NCBI GenBank assembly: GCA_030264375.1
Contig: JASCQW010000098.1
Location: 45,154,745-45,218,744, forward strand
Source: Carcharhinus longimanus
Lineage: Eukaryota
Direction: 5' to 3'
Length of the DNA: 64,000 nucleotides
The translations under genes were made by a program, and so were the position numbers. Shown here in pieces: positions 25,830 through 38,528 of this stretch. The notes beneath the pieces are model-generated. The model did no database searches, had not been told where the DNA came from, and saw only the letters and a list, made by a program, of their open reading frames with translations. Position 1 is the stretch's first letter, and the number at the start of each line of letters is the position of its first letter.

Positions 25830-28205
25830 AATTATGGGGAATTTCAATCAATGTTGAGTTCACTGTTTTGGGGACTGTTTTTTGCAGCAGCACACCAACA
25901 AGAGAGCAGGCTATACTAAATCTGCAATAAGTGCAATAAGACATGATTAATTAATGGCCTCAGCGAGGGGCCCCTAGGTAGCAGGGATCAAAACATAATT
26001 GAATTTCCCATTCAGTTCAAGGAAAAGGAGGGTGGGTCTAAGACAAGTATTTTGAACTTAAATAAGGGCAGTGATGAGGGTATGAAAACATGTATGGCTA
26101 AAGTGAACTGGGAAATTAGATTAAGGAATAGGGTATGAAAGGGTTAATCACACCAGTTTAAAAGAAATCACAAGCTGCAAGCTGTATCTGAGTCACACAG
26201 GGAAAGCTATGTAAAAACCACAGGTCTTGATTAAAGCAGAACCAGATATAGAGTCAAGGGCCATTTAATTGAACGATGTGCAGCTGCAGCTCATGTTGGC
26301 CTATTAGAAGAAGAAACAATGGAAATGAAGGTTGTCATATCATTGGTCAGAGATATAGCTGTCATTGCTTGATGTAATTAGGAAGACATGCACAAATTAC
26401 AACTGGACAACTGTACCCTTATGTACGCATGATGTAACCTGAATCAATAACTGAGTGGAAAGAGAAAACTCCTATACTTTGATTGGTAAATGCTAATTAC
26501 TTGTAATCAAATTTGAAATTGTAATTGTTGTGTATGTCTGAATTCAGTATTTTGACTGGTTTTAAAGTTTTGATCAGAGTCCTGTGACTACAGTAATAAA
26601 TCATCTTAAATTATTCCATGACTTTGTCTGGCTACTTGAGGGGAACAACAGTTACAACAAGCGAAACAGCATAGCAGCCCCCAACAGATTAGTGGAGATG
26701 TAGTGGCAGACATTTAAAAGGGATACTTCAGAATACTCAAATCATACAGTCTCTCTTATAGGAATGTAAGTGAAGGACACACCATCTGTGGCTAACTAAA
26801 AAAGTTAAAGATGGCATCAACTTGAAATAAAAAAAGCTTATAATTCCACAAAGATGAGTTGCAGGTTAGAAGATTGGACAGAATATAAAGAACAGCAAAG
26901 ATGGATTAATAAAGAGGGAATAAAATTAGAGTACAAGATAAGGCTAGTTGGAAGGAAAAAAAAGTAAGGTGAGCATTGGTCTCCTAGAGTGAGAATGAGG
27001 AATTAATAATGAAAAATAAGGAAATGGTGGGTGAACTGAACAGCTATTTTGCATCTCTCTTCACTGGAGAGGATATAAATAACATCCCAGAAATAACTGA
27101 ATCAGGCGGTGAAACAGAGGGAAGAACCAAAAAATAATTACAATACCAAGGGAAAGAGTACTATTGGATTATTAAAACTTAAAGCTGACAAGTCCCAGGT
27201 ACTGATGGACTTCATGCTGAGATCGTAAAATAAGTGGCTAAGAAAGTAGATGCATTGATTTTAATTTTCTAAAATTCCCTAGGTTCAGGAAAGTCCCATC
27301 AGATTGGAAAATAGTGAATGTGACTCCTCCATTCAAGAAAGGTGAGTGAAAGAAGCAGGAAAATTATAGATCAGTTGGCTTTATGCATGTCTTAGGAAAA
27401 TTGGAGGAATCTATATTTATGAGAGTTATAGAAAATCTCAATGCAATCAAGCAGTCAACATGGCTTTGTGAAGAGGATATCATGCCTTTTAAGAAAATAA
27501 CAAGCAATGTGGATAAAGGATAACCTTATGGGTATGATGTACTTAGATTTTGAGAAGGCATTTGACATGGTGCCTAAGCAAAGGTAAATACACAAAATAA
27601 TGGTATGGAGGGTAACACCTTAACATGGATAGAGGATTGGTCAGCTGACAAGCAGACAGTATGGATTTTTTTTTGGTTGGCAGAATGTGACAAGTGGAGC
27701 TGGAGCCTCAACTATTTACAGTTTATATCAATGGCTTGCAAGAAGGGACTGAATGTTGGTTGCCAAATTTGCAGAACGACACAAAAACAGGTAGGCAAGT
27801 AACTTGTGAAGAGAACACATGGAGCCTACAAAGAGACATAGATGGATTCAGTGTGTGGGCAGAAATTTGACAGATGAATTACAATGTGGGATAATGCAAA
27901 CTTGTCCACGTTGGCAGAAAGAATGGGAAAGGTTATATTGTTTAAATGGAAGGCAATTGCTCAACTGGAGATACGAGAGATCTGGGTTCCAAGTACATGA
28001 ATCACAAAACTTAGTATGCAGGTACAGCAAGTGTTCAGGGAGGCAAATAGAGTGTTGTTTATTGTAAGAAGAATTGAATATAAAAAAAGGGATATTTTGC
28101 TACAGTTGTGCATACCATTGCTGAGTCCACACCTAAAGTACAGTGTACAGTTTTGGCAATCTTGTTTTAAAAATGATATAGATGCATTAGAAGCAGTTCA
28201 GAAAA
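25830..28205 (+). mobile_element. CR1 ORF2 (EN end to RT), decayed, interrupted by an LTR-like insert
   Basis: IMGNFN, PLGSRDQNIIEF, DWKIVNVTPPFKKG, YLDFEKAFD, PHLKYSVQFW. Confidence 0.9.
26136..26686 (+). mobile_element. Probable solo LTR inserted in CR1
   Basis: Starts TGAAAGGGTTAA and ends CCCCCAACA; AATAAA ~26595; CR1 is collinear on both sides; degenerate 5-bp TSD GGGTA/GATTA. Confidence 0.6.
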
Positions 28206-29464
28206 TAGTTTTTTTTAAAAACATAGCTAGAACAGAAAACCTGTGTCTTGTATTTCAGATGATCTACATTCTGCATGACGACCTTGACAACTCTGACTAC
28301 ATCCTACTAACTATCTATGATCTTGCTGCCAGCACTGCAATCAACAGTGCTTCTTTGTAGAATAATGTGTTAGCCAGGCAGGAAGCAGATCTTGAGTGAG
28401 CATTAACTAATCACTTAAGGGTCTCAACTAGAGCGACAGAGGGCCTTGAAATTGGGGGAGTAAGAACGTCACCTGGGTAAAATTACAGCTACCCACCTGT
28501 AAAAATTCTGCCCTCTGTTTCGGAAGTGTTTTTTAAAATCAAGCCTAATGCTCGCAATTCTCATGCTTAGTCAGAAAATTGTGTTAATGAGAATTAAACT
28601 GATCATACCAATAGTATAATTAACCATTAATAACAACCTCCCACCTGACAGATTATTGATCAGGAGCAGAATTCCATATTCTGCTGAAAAGAGACATGTT
28701 ACCAAAGAGTGGCAAATTGCAAACAATCCCAACAGGAGAAATTGATTAGTTGGCAGATTGCTTTTGGGATTTCCCCATGATTTGCTGCTCCCTCCACCAT
28801 TCACACCATGGAAATCAGAGGTGGAAATCCACCACCGCCACCAACCCTTCTCCCCACCCTCCCACCGCTGTTTGCAGGGTATTAATTTCTGATTTTCCCC
28901 TGATACTTTTGCCTGAGGCAGAAAAGCAATTTCCACTGGCAAAGTTTAGAATGACAAAAACCAAATATAAAAGTAAAATACTGTGGGTGCACAAAAAGCC
29001 TTGGGTTTGCACACCATACACCAGAACATTTTGTCGCATTGTTTTCTTTTCTGCATTAGGCTATAATTACCAATTGCCAGACACATTGCGGCCAAAATTA
29101 AATCTGATTTATTTATTGGTTAAAAAAATGTAGAGATAATTAGGGACAGTGCAGTGCAGGATATGGGGTAATTAGGGACAGTATCATGCATGGTTGTCCC
29201 CACAATATGTATTCAAAAAGTTATGCCTGCAAACACTTTTGTCTGCATCACTTGGTTTCTTATAGGTATTTTTGTCACACTTTTCTCCATTATTTCCACT
29301 GTCCATATTTACAATAAAATTATCCCTGTAAACCTTTACTCTGCAGTTATTCAACTGGGTAGCTTTGTTCAGGTTACTGTTTAGAAAATGACAAAACCCC
29401 CATTTGTCATTTTATTTTTTTGCCACAGATAAGTTTTTAGTCATAATTTTATTCCATTTGTATA

Positions 29465-29528
29465 ATATAGATAAATTATCTATAAATTAACTATAAATTA
29501 TCTATTATCTATAAATTATCTAAATAAT
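29465..29528. repeat. AT-rich short tandem repeat, (TATAAATTATC)n-like
   Basis: About five imperfect copies of ATAAATTATCT. Confidence 0.8.
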
Positions 29529-29884
29529 GTGTAAACATCCATTGCCATTCTAAGGACAATAATTTGATTGGATTGGGCAGATAAGTCTGAGTTTTGAATC
29601 TGTCTAAATTTCTTTTGCCACAGATAATGATTTTCCACAGAAGCAGAAATTTTAAACCTATTAGCTGACATCTAAAATTGCGTCAAAACTTCTACATCAT
29701 TTAAACATGCTCCTTGCCTTAAGTGGTGTGATGCACACATTTTGCGTATTTAATGCTGTCAAATGCTAATAACATTTAAAAGGTGCTATGAACGAATGAT
29801 ATCCAAGACATTTATTTTACAAATATTAGGGAATCTTCGATGTCTTTGCACATCATTATGAAGAAAATCTTAATATGCTGTAAA

Positions 29885-30010
29885 GAGGGACATATTGCTG
29901 AAGCTTTTCATCTTGTGCTTAAATCAGTACAATCACAAAAATTTGTACTACAAGAAGGGCGCTGATTGGTTGGAAATTAAACTTTGTTCGAGGCGTTATC
30001 ATAGAGAAAG
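29885..30010 (-). mobile_element. Penelope-like terminus (family C)
   Basis: TTGCTGAAGCTTTTCATCTTG and CTGATTGGTTGG match 41450-41600. Confidence 0.65.
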
Positions 30011-30289
30011 CTACTGGGGTTGATCTGATCAGGATAGCCATTGTCATGCCAGATAGCTTTGATATGGTCTATTTCTGCATCAAGTTTGCTCACTGTGTAT
30101 TGCTCATTCTTTGCTGTGAATTGTGCAAACTTGCAAATGGGCCAAAGGTCACCAATTTTGGCCCTGAAAAGTACCTCAAATCTACCTCAAATTATCCAGG
30201 AAAAATTTTAATAACAGGTTAAGCAGTGTTTCATGTTGCTACTATGTAAATGTCACGATAGTCTCTAAGAACCACAGCCTGCACTCTTT

Positions 30290-30452
30290 AAGAGCTGACT
30301 GGTTTAACCTGAGTCACCAGATGTCAGGTGAGGGACAAGATTGAGATGTCGGGTTTTCATAAATAACCTCAGCCAGTACAGGAATTGAATACATGCCGTT
30401 GGTGTCACTCCACATCACAAACCAGCCGTTCAGCCAACAGAGCTAACTGATC
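30290..30452 (-). mobile_element. tRNA-derived SINE (third type), partial
   Basis: Minus strand TTAGCTCTGTTGGCTG A-box and TTCAATTCC B-box; homologous to 49525-49735. Confidence 0.75.
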
Positions 30453-30489
30453 CCATTGATACTAGGCAATGGCTATGCAAGTAGCACTT

Positions 30490-30910
30490 TCTATTAAGGG
30501 CATGATGCCATCAGTCCAAAAAGATGTTCTTCCTACCACAGAATTGAGCAACAATATGTTTGAATTTCAATGATGTCTTGATATCAGGAGTATAGGCCAT
30601 ATGTTCCAGGGACTGGCTGATCAAATCAAACAGCATATCCTTCAGTTCTTCATAAGAGACAGAGACTTTATTCAATCATCCTGCACTTGCCAAATCCAAA
30701 AGAAAATGTCTACTATTGGATGTGATTCCATGATAGGGCAGTATTTGCTGACCAATCCTGTGTGCTGAAAACTACACGAATAGCCAATTTAAGGTGACCA
30801 GTCAGGCTCATAATGCAGCTCATTTATTCTTGCTAGAAGTAACATTCAATTATAAGCATGGACTCATTCTCTGCAAACAAAAGGAATACGTCCAAGCCTT
30901 GCACCTTTCA
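30490..30910 (+). mobile_element. Penelope-like GIY-YIG endonuclease remnant (family C)
   Basis: QKDVLPTTELSNNMFEFQ*CLDIRSIGHMFQGLADQIKQH. Confidence 0.75.
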
Positions 30911-31459
30911 TTAAAAAAAATCCCTGGAGGTTCAGCATCAGCCTCAAATTTAGGTAGATAAAGAATGATCTTTCTCAACAGCCTCTCAAACTGGATGAAT
31001 ATACCACCAATGAAGATGCTCCATGCTTCCAGAGCAAGATGAACATGCAATTGGTTTACTGATGATCATGAATGAGGGAGGGAGGGCTCTGACACCTCTT
31101 AATCACTTTGAGGTTGAACAGTTTATACATGAGCATTCAGGAAGTTGACCACTAGTAATTCACTCACTTAGATTTTTAAGTTCCTGATCACAATCATAAA
31201 GCCATTAAATCTAACACACATACAACATAACTTTAAAGAATGTCACCATGGCTTTACTGTGCCAAGTAGGCCAACTCCAGACTTCCTGTCTGGCCCAATC
31301 TGCACGTAACCGCAGTTCCATCCTATGTGATTGAGAACGAGAATTAAACAACAACTACTGATCTTTCTAATGTCACCAACATCCCAAGAGGAGACAGCTA
31401 AAAAAGTAGGCATAACAACCAGTAACTGCATTTTTACAACAAGCAAACCTCATTCATCT

Positions 31460-31755
31460 CAGAATTCCCTACAGGGCAGAAGGCGGCCATTCAGCTCATC
31501 AAGCCTGTACCAATAATCTATCCCTGTAACCCCATGTATGTACCCTGTTAATTCCCCTGATAATAAGGGGCAATTAAGCTTGGGCAATCCACCTAACCGG
31601 CACATCTTTGGACCAAGGAAGGAAACCGGAGCACCCAGATGAAACCCACACAGATACGTGGAGAATGTGCAAATTCCACACAGACAGTCACCCAAGGCTG
31701 AAATTGAACCTAGGTTCTGGGTGCTGTAAGGCAGCAGTGCTAACTCTATGCCACC
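31460..31755 (-). mobile_element. HE1-like V-SINE with CR1 tail
   Basis: Reverse complement of the 24369 type. Confidence 0.85.
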
Positions 31756-33529
31756 CGAAAAGATCTGTACCAAATCAAGCATTAACGTACAAGGCCAGAG
31801 TGATGATGGAAATTTAAAGCTCACTATTATCATGGGAAAGGGCACCGAGGATGGGCCTATCCTTCTGTGCTTCTCTGACCTGCATCTCAGTGTTACGTTA
31901 TAAACAGTAGATAGCTATTCTAACAAAAGGTCATCTGCCTGCCTTTTCAAGTGATTAAAAGAATTATGAAAGGCAGTAATAAAGTAAGAAAATGTTAATA
32001 AAGTGGAATCCAGAGTGCATTGTACTGAAACAAGCAAGGTATTTCCTGAGGAGCAACAGAAAAAAAATCCACCCTACGTATCATTTCATGGTTAGCTGAA
32101 AAACATCAGTGACAGAGATCGAAGATCAAATACTTGCTCATCCCTTAAAAACGGGCGACACTGGGAAGAGAACAAATTACAATACAAGGGGAAGACAAAT
32201 ATAATTCTCATTTATTCTGAATACTAATTTCTTGCAAACCATTTCATCCAAATTTAAAACATTCATCAATGTGATTTTATGTACTTGAAAAATTGTTGTT
32301 CTGACACTTATAGAAGCAATTTCTCGGACTAGTGTTATTCCATCTTCATTAAAAGCTGCATTTTACTTGTGGCAGCTAGTCTGTTAACAGCAGACTCCAT
32401 AAAAATATTGAGCAACTTGAACCACTGATATTGTACCGTGTCAAATTAACTGAGATGCTACAGTACCATGACTTAAATTGACATGGTATTGAATTTTCCT
32501 TCAATGCACATTGCAGAGGAAGAGCATATTTCACACTGAAACATCCTGTCACCCCAATGAAGACAACAGTTCAAATTCAGGCCAAAGAAAATGAATATCT
32601 ATTCTCAAAGAGATCTGGTTAAATGCCTCTCCCTTCATGGACAGCTGTTGAAGGTCAATGGTAAGCAGAGCTCTCAGTTTGAATCTAAATCTCAGACATG
32701 ACTCAACTGCTGAAAGCAAAATCCATCTGTAAAAACAACTATGTTTGGAATTGAAAAAAAATGACATAGCCACTAAATGTTGGTTACATCCTTTATTGCG
32801 ATATAGTGTAAAATTCAGCAATCTTAACTGAAAAAGGTCAAGGACAAACTGAAAGAACAAAAACAAAACACCTTTCATGATGGATTGCTTGTGCACAACC
32901 AAGGTCCACATTAAGATTTCACAGCAACCATATGTCATGTTTTCTTGCCAGTAAATGTTAAATTTAAATTATTAGAACAGGCTGATCATAGCAAATAAAA
33001 ATCAAACTTGTTAGAGATAAGTGTACTTCAGGACAAGTATAATTAAAGCTGGAGATGCATTTTTGCAATTACCTTATTTTAGGAACACTTAGAGAACATC
33101 AACTCAAATACTACCTTGAGTGTAAAAAATTCAAAATAAATTTTGCTAAAATACTGCAATAAAACTTTCATTCAATTTTTGGACTTATAAACTTTTGAAA
33201 CAAACATAAAAAGATAACATCATGAAAACATTACTGAAACTGTACAAGAACACTCAGTTTTGACATTTGAAAAGAAATTCTTTTTGTAACAGGAAAATAT
33301 GCAGATTCATGTTACTGAAGGAGCAACACTCTGGTTCAGACTTCTACACCCAGATCAGATTCAGAGATACCAAAACCTGCAAGCCCCACCTTTAAAAACG
33401 GCTGCTCAAATTTACAAATTTTGGTCTGGAATGCGGGCTAGATTAGAAAATTAGAAGTCTGGGTGACCTCAAAAGCAGGACAAGCTGGGCAACTTGGATG
33501 CAGATAAACAGCAGTATTTCAGAAAGGCT

Positions 33530-33845
33530 CATAGAAAAACTACAGCACAAACAGGCCCTTCAGCACACAAATTGCACCAATGATATCCCTACCTACTAGG
33601 CTTAACTATAACCCTCAATTCTATTAAGTTCCATGTACTCATCCAGAAGTCTCTTAAAAGACCCTATCGAATTTGCCTCCACNNNNNNNNNNNNNNNNNN
33701 NNNNNNNNNNNNNNNNNNNNNNNNNNNNNNNNNNNNNNNNNNNNNNNNNNNNNNNNNNNNNNNNNNNNNNNNNNNNNNNNNNGATTCCAGTCACCCACTA
33801 CCCTCTGAGTGAAAAATTTACTCCTGATATCTCCTCTGTACCTGC
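33530..33845 (-). mobile_element. CR1 3' fragment
   Basis: RYRGDIRSKFFTQRVVGDWN. Confidence 0.85.
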
Positions 33846-34544
33846 TCACCTCAGAATAGATTACCAATAGAAGTACGCGTGTCTCAGAAAATATATTATC
33901 TTATCAGGCGAGTGTCAAAGGTGTATATATTGTTCAACTATGGTTCGGCTGGCCCTGGAGCAGATGGCCTACCATGGGCTTTCCCCAATTGGAAAATTGT
34001 CATTGCTGCTGCCTAATCAAAGTGTAGTCCACTGACCATTGACAGTATGAGTGGTTCTCAAGACAACTATGGCAATGGCATCATCTTGCATCACTACATG
34101 ATACTAATATGCAGTCATGTAGATAGCTGCAAAGACTCACTAAGTGGATAAATGAAGCACAGTGCCATACTTATTGTCCCATCCACCTGCCCTCTTGCCA
34201 CACTTCAGGGTGCATCAATGCCATTGATCCTTGACCAAATTACTCAAAGTTGCACACCATCACATCATAAACAGTGAAATTAAGAGAGAGGAAACCAGTA
34301 GCATTGTTACCAGAGCGCAGCATTCCATCATGGATTGGCAGGTCCAACATACACAGCACAAGCATTTGCACAGAGCCATTTTCTCCAAAAAACCTTACCA
34401 ATAACTACTGGTGATGTGGTGAAAATGGTTAGTGCATACAAACTCACAAATGTGAACAGAATATTGTAATCCAATTGGCAAATAGATTGTGAGCCAATCA
34501 TTTCTATTCACAGAATTCACACACAGCAGATTCAGGGGAAAGGA

Positions 34545-34750
34545 TGTGTCCAGCTGCCCCACAATTTTCTAACCAGAACCTGGAAGATTTTGTGGCAGAG
34601 ATCCAGAGAGATCAGCCTACTGCCCTGATAGCTGCTGTAATGCCCCTACAGCAACCAAGGTGGCCTGGATTCAAATTGCAGCTGTGGTGAGCACAGCAGG
34701 TGGCCATCAGAGCTCCTGAATTTAGTGCCAAAATAGGTTCAATGTCTGTT
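34545..34750 (+). pseudogene. Harbinger ORF2 Myb/SANT-like DNA-binding domain remnant
   Basis: AAPQFSNQNLEDFVAE...TKVAWIQIAAVVSTAG...CQNRFN (cf. APRFS..LE / AW..IA..V / QCRKKFNDL). Confidence 0.7.
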
Positions 34751-35628
34751 TTCTGAAAAGATGGGCCATGGCACTCATCTCTGCTTTAGTTTTGAGGTTC
34801 ATATGTGCATGCAGCTCATGTAGGGATAAAACGAACACGGGCGAATGAGCACTGTGATGTATGAGTGCAGCGAAGAGCACTACATCTCCTTAAACTACAG
34901 TTCAGGTTATCATTGCAAACCAAAAGGCCAAAAAACACCACGGAAATGGCTCAGACTAGGAATGGGTCAGCTTGATAGCAATGTGTATGGCCCATGGAAC
35001 AGATGGCTAAGGAGATTGCCACACTGTTTGAACACTGCTGTTAATGTTGGTGAATTGCTGTCAGCAAGTGATAAAAATGGTGCTGAGATTACCATGGCAA
35101 CGGTGGAGGTCATGATGTCAGTTCACTGAGCACAATGGGATATTGGAATAAGAAGCAGTGAAGTAATAAGATCAGTGCAAGCTTGGTTAAAGCAATGGTG
35201 TGCATCAGAGAGCATTTACAACGATGGGGGCTTTATCTAAATGACTTATTTTGTGTTTTACATTGATCCCAGCTTTGCTTCCTGTCCACCACCTCTCGAA
35301 CCAGATCGTCTCTCAGGTGTCAAGAGAAGGAAGAAGTGTCCAGAGTTGCAATATCACATCATACCACCAACTCAGTTACCAACACTTGAGAGGAGTGTAA
35401 CATATATGTAGAGTCAGCAGCACTGCGTGAAAATTACTACACTAGAATGCAGTTGGAGGCATCAAGGCTATGTATGCACCCAGCCCCATCAAAGAAGGCA
35501 GGAAGGGTTCCAGTAGTCTGGGATGTGGAGCCTCAGGAGTCAGCTCTACTTGGAATTCAGTCATGGACAGACAGAGGAAACACTTTAGGAATGGCCTCAA
35601 AGCATTTCTGCCAAATCATGGAAGACTC

Positions 35629-35824
35629 TGGCCAGAATTTTCCAGCCACTTGTACCAGCTGGATCTTCTGGTCCCATCGACAGTGCATCCCTGCTATGGT
35701 TAGCCAGCAGCAAAGGGTGCATTCAACGGAAAACCCCGTGGGACCAGAAGATCTTGCCGCAGGCCAATGGTGGGCTACCTCCGCCACTGAAAACATGCAG
35801 CTAGTTGCATGGAAAATCCCACCG
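35629..35824. mobile_element. Palindromic MITE, copy 3
   Basis: GGCCAGAATTTTCC...GGAAAATCCCACC ends; internal inverted repeat GATCTTCTGGTCCC / GGGACCAGAAGATC. Confidence 0.75.
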
Positions 35825-35849
35825 CCTGTCTATAACCAACCAAAATGGA

Positions 35850-36105
35850 GCAGGCTCATTCAGGAAGACACCAAACACATCAAGTGAATTCATCAGGAAT
35901 GTGTACTGGCAAAGTCAAGGCATCAGAGGGAATGCACAAACCTCCAAACAGCCCATCTACCCAAACCTTCAAGCACCTCCTTCTTGCATGCAACAGAATC
36001 TGCAGGTCACACACTGGACTTATTAACCATCTCAAAACCATCAGATTGGCATGGAAATCAGTCATCCTCACTCTAAAGGGAATGCCTAAAAAGAAGAGGA
36101 ATTAA
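35850..36105 (+). mobile_element. RTE LINE 3' end
   Basis: CNRICRSHTGLINHLKT terminal zinc-finger-like motif, then an AAGAAG tail. Confidence 0.75.
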
Positions 36106-36159
36106 GATGGCTAAGTATCAGTGATTGCAGCCTTGCTGAATGACTAAGCATCATTTGAG

Positions 36160-36495
36160 GAACAGAAAATGCTGGAAATAACCAGCAGATCTAACAACAT
36201 CCGTGCAGAAAGAAACAGAATTCATGTTTCAGGTTGATGGTCCATTTATGAAAACTGGGTGTATTTAGAAATGCAGCAGTTTTGAAAAAAGGAAGGCAAA
36301 GAGGTGAGGGAAGTAAAGAACAAAAGGAAGCATCAGTAATAGGGTTGAAAGCAGGAGATTTTTTTGAAAAGATTAAATGGCAAAATGGCTGGCAACGTGA
36401 GGCAAAAAGAGATGGTAATGGAACAAGTACAGAAACAAATGATGCATTAAAAGAGGTGTAAATGAGAAAAATAGAAACATCCCCAACAGCTGCCA
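36160..36495. mobile_element. Penelope-like terminus (family B), decayed
   Basis: AACAGAAAATGCTGGAAA...AGAAAGAAACAGAATTCATGTTTCAGG. Confidence 0.6.
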
Positions 36496-36849
36496 TGTCT
36501 GGACCATAAACTTCGAGTGTCAGATAGTGGGATATTCCGCAAAGCCACCTGATTAAGTAGTAAAATCCAACAAGGTTAGATAATTCTCATATTCATACTA
36601 TGTTCACGCCTCCTGCAGCAGGTAAGCAGTACCTAGCATAAAAATAGCAATGTGTATGTATTCTGAAATCAAAATGGTTTCTAACATAATAGGGATTTTC
36701 TAATCCCCATTGAATCATGTTTATTAATCCTAACAAAATTTCACCTGTTGAATGTGACATTACAATAGTGTTAGATATTTTCTATGCCTTCCACAATTTC
36801 ACAAGTTGTCCATATAAAAGTATGAAAGACAATCGGTGAATTATATTAC

Positions 36850-36941
36850 CTGAACATCGGATTTTGGAATGATAGATTTTCAAATATAATTTGAATTCTA
36901 CTACAATTTCCTTGAGAAAATATTCAGAGAAACGACACTTT
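36850..36941 (-). other. Candidate 92-nt exon (unidentified)
   Basis: Acceptor TTTCACAATTTCAG and donor CAG|GTAATA; one open frame KCRFSEYFLKEIVVEFKLYLKIYHSKIRCS; no homology recognised. Confidence 0.2.
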
Positions 36942-37194
36942 CTGAAATTGTGAAATTATATATCAGTGTTCCACTTGCATTCATTTTTCCACCCCTTGCA
37001 GCTGAAACCACCTCAGATTAATGCAAAATAAGGGTAAAAGTGGCCTATTGCCATTAATCTTAAAAAGTAAGATGCTGTCAATTATGGAATTAGCCCATTT
37101 GTATCAATGTAACAGCAACTGCATTGTTTACAATTACTTGGCAATTACATTATTAAGCCAGTTAAGCCTGTTAAACCACCAGGAAGGCAATCAG

Positions 37195-37525
37195 TTATTG
37201 TCACTGGACTAGTAATCCAGAGACGCAGAGCAATGCTCTGGAAATCTCAAATCCTACCATAGCAAATGGTGAAATTTGAATTCATTAAAATAAATTGGGA
37301 ATGAGAAGTCTAATGATGACCATAAAATTGTCGACTGTCGTAAAAACTCATCTGATTCACTAATGTTCTTTAAGGAAGGAAATCCTTATCTGATCTGACC
37401 TACACGTGACTCCAAATCCATAGTAATGTGGATTAATTGCCATTCAGTGGAAGAGCAATTAGGGATGAGCAATAAATGCTGGCCCAGTCAGTGACACCCA
37501 CATTCCATAAACAAATTTTAAAAAC
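37195..37525 (+). mobile_element. tRNA-derived SINE with Crack-like LINE tail
   Basis: Same family as 3947 and 47200. Confidence 0.85.
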
Positions 37526-38528
37526 AAGCATTGGCTCACACTCTCCTGAACTGTTTTAAGAATAAATCTACCTGAGGTAAATGACTAACTTTCAGCTCAT
37601 TTTTCCACCATATACAATTGTTGGGGTTATCGGCTAACATCCCTCCATCTGTAAAAGATGATGGACACAGCAAACAAATCCATTTCAGATGGGTGTCTTC
37701 ATGCAAAACCTTTGCTGATAGCTAAAGGGATCAATCCATCTGTGGCAGATTCTGGCACAAAATGTCATTGTGGGTTGTTTTCAGCATCTGTTACCAAACT
37801 GCCCGAAACACTTGTCATCATAGTGGTGCACAGAAACCCACAAGAGATGTTGCCATTTTTCTATCATCAGCTCGTAATCTATTTGCTAAAAACACAACTG
37901 TTAATTCTCATATGTTTATAGCTCAATGGCTCATAACTTCTAACTAGCAGCAGAAAGCCATGGACCATCAAAAATAGTTAAATTTCTTGTGCCCTTACCT
38001 ATATTCAAAAATGCCAATCTAACTCTGGATAGGACCATAAGTTTTTGACCTGTGTTAAGACAATCTCCACAGGCCCCAACACAGTGCAGGAGGACTCCAG
38101 CTACGCTCCCTTATGATGGGGCTATATTGGGAACATCCATTGAGGTCTTGCTTTGAAACAACAGTTTAATATGGAGGACAGAGAGAGCAAACAGATTCCC
38201 CATTATTGAAAGGTATTTTAAGTTTTTTTTTCCTTTTTTTGCAATTTCATTTCAGCGGGTAACCTTGTCATTGGCTCAGTTAAAATGTAATTTCTAATTT
38301 TGCTTTTATGATTGAAGATGAGTTGTATTTTATACACATGAATATAGGTTCTGTTATTTGTTTTAATTCAGTGAAACTACAATTTAAAATCAGCATTGTG
38401 TTATTATGTACTTTTAAACATGCCACACAAAGTTATATGTTTTCATTTAGAAAATGGTCATTTAAACTCTAGCTGGGAAGAAGAGAAGTCAGAATTTCTC
38501 TAACAATGACTTGTATACTTTTTACACA

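Noticed and set aside
32549-32938. 129-aa minus-strand ORF in unique DNA
   Set aside because: Composition typical of random AT-rich sequence; no domain and no convincing donor site.
37640-38130. Possible minus-strand Harbinger transposase head-to-head with the Myb remnant (similarly 33900-34270)
   Set aside because: Only faint motif traces (e.g. VTDA); too decayed to support without an HMM search.
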